A stretch of 63,560 bases of DNA, the filler included, from Chrysochromulina tobinii (lineage: Eukaryota), in the NCBI GenBank assembly GCA_001275005.1. It is 10 parts of 10 records of this genome, joined end to end, with 100 filler letters (N's around TTAATTAATTAA, not from the genome) between each part and the next. Parts side by side here need not be neighbours in the genome. Positions count along the whole stretch, not along the records: positions 5,433 to 21,983 come from JWZX01000018.1; 9 more parts are not named here. The stretch is one strand, 5' to 3'. Below the pieces are notes generated by a model that made no database searches, was not told the DNA's origin, and saw only the letters and a program-made list of their open reading frames with translations. Below, piece after piece: positions 11,601 to 20,200 of the stretch (position 1 is the first letter of the stretch; every line of letters starts with the position of its first letter). A program made the position numbers and the translations under genes.

Positions 11601-13612
11601 CTTCATTCAATAGCTTCCTCAACGGCCCTTGCGAAGTTTGGGACACGGATGCACACGACCGGACCTTCAACTTCGCCGAGACCACCAGTGGTCGTGTGTC
11701 TCGCTTTGTTCCGTGCACGGCTGTCAACACGTCCGCGCTCGCGTCACCGCCACCGCCGCCATCACCACAACCATCGCCGCCGCCGCCATCACCATCGCCG
11801 CCGCCACCATCACCATTGCGACCACCACCACCATCGCCGCCGCCACCATCACCATCGCCGCCGCCACCATCACCATCGCCACCGCCACCGTTTCCCCCAG
11901 GCACTGCCAGGCCACCTCCACGACCACCATCGCTGCCACCGCCACCGCCACCATCGCCGCCGCCACCATCACCATCGCCTCCGCCCAGGCCACCACCTCC
12001 ACGACCGCCACATCTGCCGCCGCCGCTACCACCATCGCCGCCGCCACCATCACCATCGCCGCCTCCGCCCTCGCCCTCGCCGCCCGCACCGTCGCCCACG
12101 CCGGCGTCAGTGGCACTGGCAGCGGAGCAGCAGCGCACGATCGCCAGCTACGCGACGCGTATCGCACAAACGCTGATCACGGCGAGCGCGGCGTTCGCCA
12201 CCAGCAACGAGCCGCTCCCGCGCGAAGTGCTCGCGACCAATATGATGGACCAGCCATCGCTCCAACGGCCGTACAAGGCGCTCGTCATCTTCTACTTCGA
12301 TGGCGGCGCCGACACGTTCAACCTGCTCATGCCTCACTCGAACTGCGACGCGCGCAATCTGACCACGCAGTACGTGAACACGCGCACAAATGCGGGGTAC
12401 AACCTTGCAACAGTACTCCCGATCAACGTGCCGCCGGGCTCGCAGCCGTGCAACACCTTTGGCGTGCATCCGAACATGCCGACGCTGCAGCGGCTCTTCA
12501 ACGAGGGCGACGCGTCCTTCACGGCCAACGTGGGTTCACTCATCGTGCCGATGACCAAGACGGAGTACGTCAACAAATTGAAAGTGAGCCCGCCGCAGCT
12601 CTTCGCGCATAACACGCAGACCGCAGGCGCGCAGACGGTGTGGCCGCAGCACACCAGCCCGGGAGGAGTCGTCGGACGCATGTTCAAAGCGCTCCACGAT
12701 CAAGCAGAGGCCACAGGGGCGACGCCTCTCAAGGGCGCGGCCTACTCGATCACGCGATCGCGCGCCATGTTCGGCGGTGGGCCGGTCGAGCCCATCCTGC
12801 TCTCCGCGACCGAGGGTATGCTTCAGTACAAGAGCTCTAAAACGTCCGATGTCGCGTTGAATACCAAAGAGAAGGAGCGACTCCTCGACGCGATGTTCCG
12901 TCTCTCCGGCAAGGAAGTCGCCTCCGTGTTCGGGCAGACGCACAATGAGATGGTGCGCGCGTCCATGCGCGAGTCGGCGCGCGTGACGGAGCTGCTCCGG
13001 AACGCCACGCTCACCCAAGACTGGGCGGCGACTAGGGCGCGGTACACCTGTGGCGGCTGTGCCAACCTTGTCTTGCAGCTGCAGCAGGTGGCAAAGGTCA
13101 TCCAATCGCGCGAAGCGTTCGAGGCGGAGCGTGATGTTTTCTACATCAGCCTCGGGGGCTTCGACACGCACTCGGAGGTCATCAACCAGCTCATCAACAA
13201 TTATGGCGCGATTGACGGCGCCCTCGCCACCTTCGTGGCCGAAATGAAGGCTCTCGGTGTGTGGCAGAATGTGGCGCTGCAGACGCTCTCCGAGTTTGGG
13301 AGGACGATGACGTCCAACGGTCGCGGCACCGATCACGCATGGGGTGCTAACCACTTCCTCATCGGCGGCTCCGTCAACGGCACCAGAATCCACGGCTCTT
13401 ACCCCGAGCTGCGTGCCAACGGCCCCCAATCGATCTCGTCCACTGGCCAGATGCTCCCCTCGCTGCCGTGGGAGGCAATCTGGGAGCCCATCGCCCGCTG
13501 GTTCGGGGTGGAGCCGGAGCGCATGAATCAGGTGATACCCAACCGGCCAGCGTTCAGCAGCTGGTCAGCTCGTATGCCCACGTTCGAACAGGTCTTTGAT
13601 CGGGGCGCATGA
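5621..13612 (+). CDS. Giant DUF1800-DUF1501 fusion protein with Cys-rich and Pro-rich (SPPPP) inserts; likely extracellular; 5' end may be incomplete
   Basis: DUF1800 motifs FLTQASFGPT, DQLRQRVAWALSQI, PDENYAREIMQLFSVGL, SNPSPRYV, LREPLLKL. DUF1501 motifs GGADTFNLL, QLFAHNTQ, LGGFDTH, SEFGRTMTSNGRGTDHAWG. About 8 kb with no stop codon. Confidence 0.88.
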   Translation: MRCSVIGSLGDGLESQVGINHYAMTTTPPAPPPSPPAPPPTPPPAPPPLLGPGTHTLPRAGAWALATLVKAETAHLPVSLKWPVPCARSYQGMAWEVVLPREPGMPLVQVQSCTASSCNVLIPNDPGFQYHYAVADLATKYGALTQSQYFDRAASHFLTQASFGPTRATIANLSAQMTPQQPHLLSAGAAPAPAPPAMRQWIRDQMALPASLHRTYFRRRSNPRIELTTEVGRPRGACEVGARWNRMAIRSDDVQKSISFSRRIGSNGSNVTAIYVKGVLRSEVNLANMMTLSGTAPSGSSRLVNDALFTKNYTICKVDEWRFGRIVMGSSCADSVIANDRIDLYNVFMFFDELAPPQHDSLGEVVATVEWDASQASMEQLRPATAFNDNVLLLTQLHVPCPLSLAQQVRPSTFLKRDGIHYMYDPRIVTLNNDLDRPFNFSAIPLNALGHPSATMCSNTQKTFLNEHTCIRTHGCTPVVFGNPDSFMLNETTLREFYRSTDRFVYAIDALTHTMPDHPSIHPCSGDHRWRNLGGPCDVNGGATALDNVTLGLLFTALNTSTDGNLRVKDLRKVTCTGTPAPNAIGAKVQVNGTCWQHTYMHNLNVYDFTWFSTASNHPGNIERVQFYPIQRFAKNGQVVLRYPASHGNRWRVNSGSSVNKYIGRLGDTMKWDSLPRELRTQTLALALGVGSQLNPSFPGIETCGSPGEVAGDPKLGQPYYFGHMEYDEAPSYLNPEVQMLDRRNGGSAAQKQDVYTMLALTAPDQLRQRVAWALSQIVVIGEGGDSLRYGHTEAWVNFYDIFVRNAFGSYRDVLRETSYSPAMSYYLTFLQNKAFAAQNPGTVPDENYAREIMQLFSVGLWVLNEDGTKTLDAAGLPVPTYTNDDIVSQATAWTGFTRRRSRGNLEQIQFVTAGGTDNWIDPMEIEPHWRDKFPKMNLYKGHLGDALPLCTDLAPRAFLRKGARYRYLGPKRNPDLMPGIDWDTADSGFSARGTTPTQGPPGRSPSGAGEANAPIFYLDANTSSLYAALCSSAPLAPSACRFQSTVVLGANIPCSGSECEVDTLRTVAIVVGDQAYYYEYVQLECVMLAFHEDGSGVFIENALERASAFLELGDEKLCVDPRLPSARAACCTPRSLACYEYPCSYAEERTTLASAKMKCDAHWAAQNEFSPPPPSPLPPPPRLPPPSYPPLPPLATINCAVQPVSISAAANRSLANVTGCAGAVWSSGAPSAQYCAGRAATVAVSGPRSTSPPLPWYFECCSWVRGTCVNRTGMPPPPSPARTPPSPPMAWTLYPYDYRGTLAEAVPRCPADSRPANQSECWAAAVAAMDNGAEPWFNVPDPSGAIRVAVTSSTSRPFGCHVDTTSATVHFNPNPNPTSITSRTYKSVCSVTPTVPLANYSQASPTLCSRKRKECEMRPSAGRGCRRTGSISSNNAFALDYWWTEERCRLQVQVNSNGRVAVRHPGGKSTRFADTQQNWFRVRWAGGFPTPASGCADTCTVTPGASGDTCVCNVVVGTQAVFTNPQALPSKAVVEESLRIGAPDPSHFDAGTYQQCTSPACAAAGFQLYTRGTATQPQLDQTAIFAIVVNATTGSPRTLYLANKASSVSIAHNGSASQFSFRNPPTHMSLNDPTQRDALYETEALLDHLFFHQSVAPFVGYRLIQRLVSSNPSPRYVAAVSAAFRTGSYGNVTYSGEYGDLGAMVAAIVLDAEARSLVLTADPTHGGLREPLLKLLHVMRAMEYVSRAHAEVQLSANLINLIGQQPYRSPSVFNFYLPEYQPPGAIGNVGLVSPEAQLGVLPFVIGFQQAMAMLFLDGLNAASGGFGSVSTSTSYPTEWGSWQGSRGYLSWRPSNASSAASVVDELSLMLTAGRLDEHARAVITSEYEYYRNRSSCPIDRTASLRGRLILGQSLYAGERLINWRGEMICFGYDGVPMHIGADGREVFSVHEGRERGYKLQYNANGAGSRLQLYNRRGSSIWQANADGRQGINSSFNSFLNGPCEVWDTDAHDRTFNFAETTSGRVSRFVPCTAVNTSALASPPPPPSPQPSPPPPSPSPPPPSPLRPPPPSPPPPSPSPPPPSPSPPPPFPPGTARPPPRPPSLPPPPPPSPPPPSPSPPPRPPPPRPPHLPPPLPPSPPPPSPSPPPPSPSPPAPSPTPASVALAAEQQRTIASYATRIAQTLITASAAFATSNEPLPREVLATNMMDQPSLQRPYKALVIFYFDGGADTFNLLMPHSNCDARNLTTQYVNTRTNAGYNLATVLPINVPPGSQPCNTFGVHPNMPTLQRLFNEGDASFTANVGSLIVPMTKTEYVNKLKVSPPQLFAHNTQTAGAQTVWPQHTSPGGVVGRMFKALHDQAEATGATPLKGAAYSITRSRAMFGGGPVEPILLSATEGMLQYKSSKTSDVALNTKEKERLLDAMFRLSGKEVASVFGQTHNEMVRASMRESARVTELLRNATLTQDWAATRARYTCGGCANLVLQLQQVAKVIQSREAFEAERDVFYISLGGFDTHSEVINQLINNYGAIDGALATFVAEMKALGVWQNVALQTLSEFGRTMTSNGRGTDHAWGANHFLIGGSVNGTRIHGSYPELRANGPQSISSTGQMLPSLPWEAIWEPIARWFGVEPERMNQVIPNRPAFSSWSARMPTFEQVFDRGA
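11743..12105 (+). repeat. Extensin-like (SPPPPSP)n coding low-complexity tract
   Basis: CCATCGCCGCCGCCACCATCA-type units between the DUF1800 and DUF1501 parts. Confidence 0.9.
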
Positions 13613-14358
13613 GCCAGATGCAGCCCAACCGGCCAGCGTATCAACAGCTCGTCGGCAAACAACAGGTGTGCAAGAGTGTGCAGGGGAATCGAAGGTGTGC
13701 CCAAGCCACACTTGTCGATGCGTGCCCCGGACCTGCCCGACCAGGGTTATGCTTGACTTCTGGGGGTTGCGCCAGGCAGTGACGTGCGGAGTGCGGCGCG
13801 AAGGGTTAGGGTTAGGTGTGTGTGTGTGGCGAGCACGGAGAGAGTAGACGGCCATCGAAGCCATAGCGGCCCAGTCGTCGCGCCACACGTACGCCCCACG
13901 TTGAAACGTAGGTCGTACGCGCCGTGCCCGAACTCGCTGGTCGCTTATAGTAGACGTTTCGCGTGCGTCTGTCTGTGTGTACGGTGTGTCGTCAGTGTGG
14001 GGGTGCGCGTGTGCGCACAGCGTAGACGCGGCGCTCGGCGGGTTTCACAACCGCCGGCCGCCGGTCGCGGTCGGAACAACGGTGATTCCGCGAGACCGCG
14101 CGCGGGCGCGCGCGCAAGAAAGCTGGACCAAGAACGTGTGCAAGACGGTGAACCGTTGTGAGGTGATCATCGATCTCTTGAAAAAAGCGGGGTTTCCCGG
14201 GGGCTCCGATGAGGCATGAGCGATCATGTCGCGCAGTCGCGGTCCGACACGAAACAGCAACGGCGAACGGGGATACACGTGACTGATCTGTGTACTGTGA
14301 CATCACCCGACCTCAAAGCTCAATCGAATCCTCATCTCGACGAGATCAACACCTCGGT

Positions 14359-17097
14359 TCATCTCGACGAGATCTTCGCTCCCGCCGCCGTCGGCGTAAC
14401 GACGCCGCGCTTCTCACTCTCAGCCACCACCTCCGCAGGTGCGACTGCGAGCAGCACGGCCGAAGCGGCCGCGAGACCGCCCTTGACGAGCGCGGCGGCA
14501 AACTGGGCCTGCGACGCGGGCGCGGAGTCCGTGTTGGCCGTGGTCGAGGCGGCGAGCGCGTCGACGCGGTCGATTCCGCGCAGCACGATGCGCGCGGCGA
14601 GACGCGAGGCAAGTACGGGCCAGTCGGCACGCCTCTCCCACAGGCGCGCGGCCACGTAACGCACGAGCTCGCCTCGACCAGAGCCCGGCTCACCCTCCGT
14701 TGAGGCGACGTCGCGCAGCAGGGTGCCCCACTGGTCTGACGTGGAGGGTAGCGCCTCGACGATGGGCGTCGCGAGCGCCGAGGCCGCCGCCAGCACTCTG
14801 TCGTCCTCATCGTACTTGGAGAGCAGTGGCGAGGAGGCGCGCAGAACGCCAGTCGGGTCGAGCGCCGAGAGCAGCGGCGCGGGGAGCACGGGCAGTCGCA
14901 TGAGCGCGGCGCGCGCGTTGGCGTCGGCGAGGCGCGCGACCTCATCGAGCAGCAGCTCCTGCAGCGGCGATCCCTTGCGTGAGAGCAGCAGGTCGACCAC
15001 CTGAGCGGCGAGCCGTTTGAGCTGAGCCTCGCTGTCGAGGGACAAGCCGCCTGACGAAGCCGAGAAGGAGGAGAAGCCCGCGGCGAGCTTTGCAAGCTTG
15101 GGCGCGTCGGGCACGGGGGAGGCCGCGCCGTCGGCCGCCTCCGTGTTCGCGTACACAAAGGAGCGGAGGGCGCGCGTCGCGCGTGGCGACGAGTCCGTGA
15201 GGACGCGCTGCGAAATGTACGGCAGGCACTCCTTGAGAATGGAATAGTCGGGGTCGTTGATGAGCGCGATGCCCTCGAGCACCGAAAAGGCGCGCAGGAT
15301 GTAGGCAAAGTAGGGCGGGATCTGGAACATGTTGCCCTTCTCCTCGACCAGCTTCTGGAGCCGGCTCGACACCTCGTTCACGTCGATCTTGGCGACGCCG
15401 CCGCCGCCGGCCCACATGGAATAGATGCTCGTGAGCGTATCCACGACTCCCTCAGATTGGATCTCGGCCTCCATGCCAGCCGGCACAAAGCCGAGCGCCA
15501 CGAGGTCGTTCGGCACGCGCGCGTAGTCAGCGGCGGTCAAGTGGGCCACATGCTCCAGAAAGTCGAACTGCAGCCCCTCGGACACCTGCGTGACGAGACC
15601 CCAGTCAAGGATACACAGCCGCCCGTCGGTGGTCCTGAGCAAGTTGCCAGGGTGCGGGTCGCAGTGGAGGAGGCCGGTGCCGAGGAGCATAGTGAGGTAC
15701 GTGTTGAGCGCGACGCCGCACAGCTTGGAGACGTCGTTCGCCTGCGACTTCTCAAGGCGTTCGCCGTCTACCCATTGCGTCACGATCACCTTGGACGTGG
15801 AGAGCCGCCCGACGATCGTGGGAGCGGTGACCACATCCTTTAGGGGAGTGTCTTGGAGCGAGGCGAGGAAGGCGATCGTATTGTCGGCCTCCTTGACGTA
15901 GTCGAGCTCGTCGACGAAACCGCGCCCCCAGTCGTCCACGAGACCCACGAGGTCCGAGTTCATGTTCCGCGCGCGCTTCGTGAGGCCGGCGAGCGCCCGC
16001 AGCAGTACCAGGTCGACAGCGATGCGCTCAGCCATGTCGGGACGCTGGACCTTGACAGCTACCTCGATGGCGGGCTGGTCACCCTGGGCGCGCAATGTGC
16101 CCTTGTACACCTGGCCGAGCGATGCGGCCGCGACGGGTTCGGCTGAGAGCCGCTCGAAGAGCGCGTCCACCTGGCTGGCCTCGCGAAGCCCCCACTCCGT
16201 GGCCATGGTGGCGCGCGCCTGGGCCGACGGAAAGGCTGGCACGCGGTCCTGCAGTCCCGTGAGGGCCGTGATGTACGCGGGCGGCAGCAGGTCGGCGCGG
16301 ATTGAGAGCGCCTGGCCTACCTTGATGAACGTCGGCCCCATCGCTGTCAGCGCCGTCACGAGCTGCTCGGCACGCACGCGCGCGTTGAGCTTGAGCGTCT
16401 CTGGCCCGCGCAGCCAGTCGATAAGCAGCGACAGCCCCCAGCCCGACGCGGGCACGAGACTCTTGAGCAGCGTATCCACCACAAGCAGCGGGCGCGCGGC
16501 GGCGTATGCCGCGCCTGTCGCCGGGTCGTAACGGCCGCTCGGGTACGGTGTCTGCGGCACGGGCTTCGAGCCGCGCCAATCGAGGACGCGAGAGCTGCTC
16601 AAGCCGAGCGCGACTGCGGCTGGCCCGAGCCAATCACGATCGGAGAGCGCGGCCACGAGGCCGGCCAAGGGCGGCGGCTGCGCCTGCTCAAGGAGCGCCT
16701 CGACGACCTCGAGCTGCCGCATCAGTTCGTCTTGGCGTGCCTCGAGCAGTGGAAGCAGCTCCTGTGCCACACTCGGAAGCGAGGCCAGATCGGAGGAGAG
16801 CGAGGCCAGATCGGAGGAGAGCGAGTCCAAGGGAGGCATGCTGAGTGACGGCAGCGGCGGCAGGCTGAGCTCCGCGTTGCGAACAAGTTCGAAGGTTGGC
16901 GCCATCGACGCCCTGACCTCGTTGAGGGTCGGCAGGTGCTCAGGGTCTGGCAGGTTGACGAGGAGCTCAAAGACACTCTCAAAGGGAGACAAGGCAACTG
17001 GTGGGCGGTGACGGCTGGGAATTGCCGTGCTCGGAACGGAGCGATGGTAGCTGACGCTCGCCTCGAACCCGGCGAGAAGGAGCAGCGTGGCTGCCAT
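14359..17097 (-). CDS. ABC1K/UbiB atypical protein kinase, probably plastid-targeted
   Basis: MGPTFIKVGQALSIRADLLP, PVAAASLGQVYK, VAVKVQRP, ELDYVKEA, LHCDPHPGNL, LDWGL. The ATG at 17097 starts a signal-peptide-like N-terminus (MAATLLLLAGFEAS). Confidence 0.92.
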   Translation of the reverse strand: MAATLLLLAGFEASVSYHRSVPSTAIPSRHRPPVALSPFESVFELLVNLPDPEHLPTLNEVRASMAPTFELVRNAELSLPPLPSLSMPPLDSLSSDLASLSSDLASLPSVAQELLPLLEARQDELMRQLEVVEALLEQAQPPPLAGLVAALSDRDWLGPAAVALGLSSSRVLDWRGSKPVPQTPYPSGRYDPATGAAYAAARPLLVVDTLLKSLVPASGWGLSLLIDWLRGPETLKLNARVRAEQLVTALTAMGPTFIKVGQALSIRADLLPPAYITALTGLQDRVPAFPSAQARATMATEWGLREASQVDALFERLSAEPVAAASLGQVYKGTLRAQGDQPAIEVAVKVQRPDMAERIAVDLVLLRALAGLTKRARNMNSDLVGLVDDWGRGFVDELDYVKEADNTIAFLASLQDTPLKDVVTAPTIVGRLSTSKVIVTQWVDGERLEKSQANDVSKLCGVALNTYLTMLLGTGLLHCDPHPGNLLRTTDGRLCILDWGLVTQVSEGLQFDFLEHVAHLTAADYARVPNDLVALGFVPAGMEAEIQSEGVVDTLTSIYSMWAGGGGVAKIDVNEVSSRLQKLVEEKGNMFQIPPYFAYILRAFSVLEGIALINDPDYSILKECLPYISQRVLTDSSPRATRALRSFVYANTEAADGAASPVPDAPKLAKLAAGFSSFSASSGGLSLDSEAQLKRLAAQVVDLLLSRKGSPLQELLLDEVARLADANARAALMRLPVLPAPLLSALDPTGVLRASSPLLSKYDEDDRVLAAASALATPIVEALPSTSDQWGTLLRDVASTEGEPGSGRGELVRYVAARLWERRADWPVLASRLAARIVLRGIDRVDALAASTTANTDSAPASQAQFAAALVKGGLAAASAVLLAVAPAEVVAESEKRGVVTPTAAGAKISSR

Positions 17098-17257
17098 CGT
17101 GCTCAGGGAGGAATTGCCTGGAAACTTCGCAAAAGAATCTTCAAGGCACAAAGATCGCGTTAATAGCGCTTCATACGGCACCTTCACTCGGGTCGGGATC
17201 GGCTTCTGTTGGGATTTGAATAGGCGCGCCGATTTCGTCGAACATCCTCGGGGCCGC
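17098..17257. promoter_or_regulatory. Probable bidirectional promoter between ABC1K and IleRS
   Basis: 160-bp relatively AT-richer gap between two divergent ATGs. Confidence 0.55.
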
Positions 17258-20200
17258 ATGCGGCTCGCACACAGAGCCTCAATCCGCCGCCTCGCCTCCA
17301 AGCCTGACCTGAAGGCCACGCTCAATTTGCCACGTACCGAGTTTGCACTGCACGCCAACCTGGTGCTCACCGAGCATCGGCTCGTGCCACGCCTCGCGCA
17401 CGAGCACTTTTCGCGGCAGGCGGACGCCCGAGCCTCAGCGCCACCGTTTGTGCTGCACGATGGCCCACCGTATGCCAACGGCGAGCTGCACATGGGCCAT
17501 TTCCTCAACAAGGCACTCAAGGATATGATCAATCGCTGGAAGCTCCTGCGTGGCTATCGTATCGAGTTTACGCCCGGCTGGGACTGCCACGGGCTGCCCA
17601 TTGAGCTGCGAGCGCTGCAGCTAGCAGGCGCCGAGGCAGCGCACGAGCTGCCGCCACTGCGCGTGCGAGAGCAGGCGGCTGAATGCGCCCGCCAGACCAT
17701 CGCCGAGCAGCGCCAGTCCTTTGTGCGTTGGGGCGTCATGGCCGACTGGCACGCGCCATACACGACCATGCAGCCGCGGTATGAGGCGGCGCAGCTCGGC
17801 GTGCTGCGTGCCATGCTGCGCCGCGGGCTGCTGTTCCGTGGCGTGCGGCCTGTGCACTGGTCGCCCGCCTCACGCACAGCCCTCGCCGAGGCCGAGCTCG
17901 ACTACGTCGACGCGCATGAGTCATCCGCGGCGTACGTGGCCTTCTCGCTGGCTCGTGATGGAGATCTGCCATATTCACTCATGATGGCCAGTGCGGCGGA
18001 CGCGCTGCCCGCGCTCGTGGTCTGGACGACAACGCCGTGGACGTTGCCCGCCAACCAAGCCATCTGTGCGCGCGAAGACCTCGTCTATGCGCTCGTGCGC
18101 GTCGGAGAGATGACTGTGACGCTCGGCGAAAGCGGCGTGGGCGGCGCGGGCGGCGTGGGCGGCGCGGGCGGCGCGGGCGGCGCGGCCACTGCCGCTGTCG
18201 CTCCCGCTCCGACGTCGCTGCTGCTGGTGGCGGAGGCACGTGTAGGTGCGCTGGGCGCTGCGCTCGGTCGCGAGCTACATGTGTGCCACACTCTCGAGGG
18301 GAACGCGCTGCGCGGCCTCTGGTGCTTGCACCCGCTCTCGGGCCGCCGCGTGCCAGTGCTCTTTGGCGAGCACGTAACGGACACGGCGGGCACGGGTCTC
18401 GTGCACACGGCGCCCGGGCACGGCCCAGAGGACTTTGCGGTCGGGCAGGCACACGGACTCGCAAGCGCATGCCCCGTCGACGAGCATGGCCGCTTCACGC
18501 GCGACACTGACGAGGCGGTTCCCTTTGTGGGCCTGCATGTGCTCAAGGAGGGCAACGCGAAGGTGCTCGAGGCGCTCACGGCGCGCGGCGCACTCGTGCA
18601 TGTGGAGCGCTACCTGCATCGGTATCCATATGATTGGCGCTCCAAAACACCGGTCATCTTCCGCACGACGCCTCAGTGGTTCATCGACCTCGGGCGGCTG
18701 CGTGAGAGCGCGCTGGCTGCGCTGGATGATGTCCAGATGCTGCCGAGCGCCGGGCGCGCGCGCCTCGAGGCCTTTGTGCGCGGGCGCACCGAGTGGTGCC
18801 TTTCGCGCCAGCGCAGCTGGGGTGTGCCCCTACCCGTCTTCTACCACGTCGACACGGGAGAGGCGCTGCTGGACGACGAGGTGCTTGCTCACGTGCAGCA
18901 GCTCATCGGACTCCATGGCTCGGACTGCTGGTGGACACTGCCCGTCGAGGAGCTGCTGCCACCACGGCGCGCGCACGAGGCTAGCTTCTGGATGCGCGGC
19001 ACCGACACGATGGATGTCTGGTTTGACTCGGGCTCCTCGTGGAGCGCCGTTTTGGCCAAGGACCGCGGTGGCGGCGGTGCGGCCGGAGTCCCGAGCAGCG
19101 CCGTCCCGAGCAGCGGCGGCGACGGCGCCGGCAGCAGGGATGGCGGCAGCGGCGGCAGCGGCGGCGGTGCAGGCGGCGGCGGTGCAGGCGGCGGTGCAGG
19201 CGGCGGTGCAGGCGGCGGGCCGCTCGCCGATCTGTACCTGGAGGGCAGCGACCAGCACCGTGGCTGGTTCCAGTCGTCGCTGCTCACACATGTGGGCTCA
19301 CACGAGGGAGGTGGCGCCCCCTACCGCATGATCATCACCCATGGCTTTGTAGTGGACGAGCATGGCGCCAAGATGTCCAAGTCAATTGGAAACGTCATCA
19401 TGCCGAGTCAGCTCCTCGGCCCCTCAAGCATCGATGCGCCCGCCTACAGCAAAGGCGCCGACGGCGACGACGCTCCCGCGGCGACTACTACTACGGCGAG
19501 CGCGGCGGCGACGGGCGCCCAGGACGGCGCCAAGTCGCGTGCTCCACCGGCGCTCGACGCGGCGCTCGACGCGGCGGCGCTCTCCGCGCTGGAGGCACAG
19601 ATCGGCGCGCAGGGCATCCTCGTGCGTGAGCTCAAGGTGGCGGCCAAGGGCGGCACGTCGAAGAAGGCGGAGGTGGACGCAGCGGTGGCAGCGCTGGTGG
19701 CCCTCAAGGCTAAGCTGCCAGTCGAGGCCACGGCGGCCGCGCCACGGGCGGAGGGCGCGGCGCCGAATCATAAGAAGCTGCAGAAGGAGGCGCGCAAGGC
19801 CCGTGACGATCGCGCTCCGTACGGCGTGGACGTGCTGCGGCTATGGGTGGCCACGGCGGATTGGAAAGGTGACGTGGCTCTCGGCGACGCGGTGCTCGAG
19901 CGCTCTCGCGACATTTACCGGCGCCTGCGCAATGCGTGCCGCTTCTGCCTGGGCAACCTGTACGACTTTGATGAGAGCGTTGATGCGCTGCCGCTCGAGC
20001 AGCTGCGGCTGGGCGACCGGCACATGCTGCACACTCTAGCGGAGCATACGCGCGTGGTGCAGGCGAGCTACGACGCGTACGAGCTCAACCGCGTCGTCGC
20101 CGCCACGCTCGCGCTCGCGACCGAGCGCCTGTCCGCCGAGTACTTTCACGCGACCAAGGACCGGTTGTACTGCGGGCACGCAGAGGGCGCCTCGCGCCGG

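Noticed and set aside
13800..13830. GGGTTAGGGTTAGG telomere-like sequence
   Set aside because: Only about two units next to a GT microsatellite; too short to call.
17087..17532. Apparent antisense overlap of the ABC1K and IleRS ORFs
   Set aside because: The likely starts (17097 and 17258) do not overlap; the extensions reflect stop-codon scarcity in GC-rich DNA.
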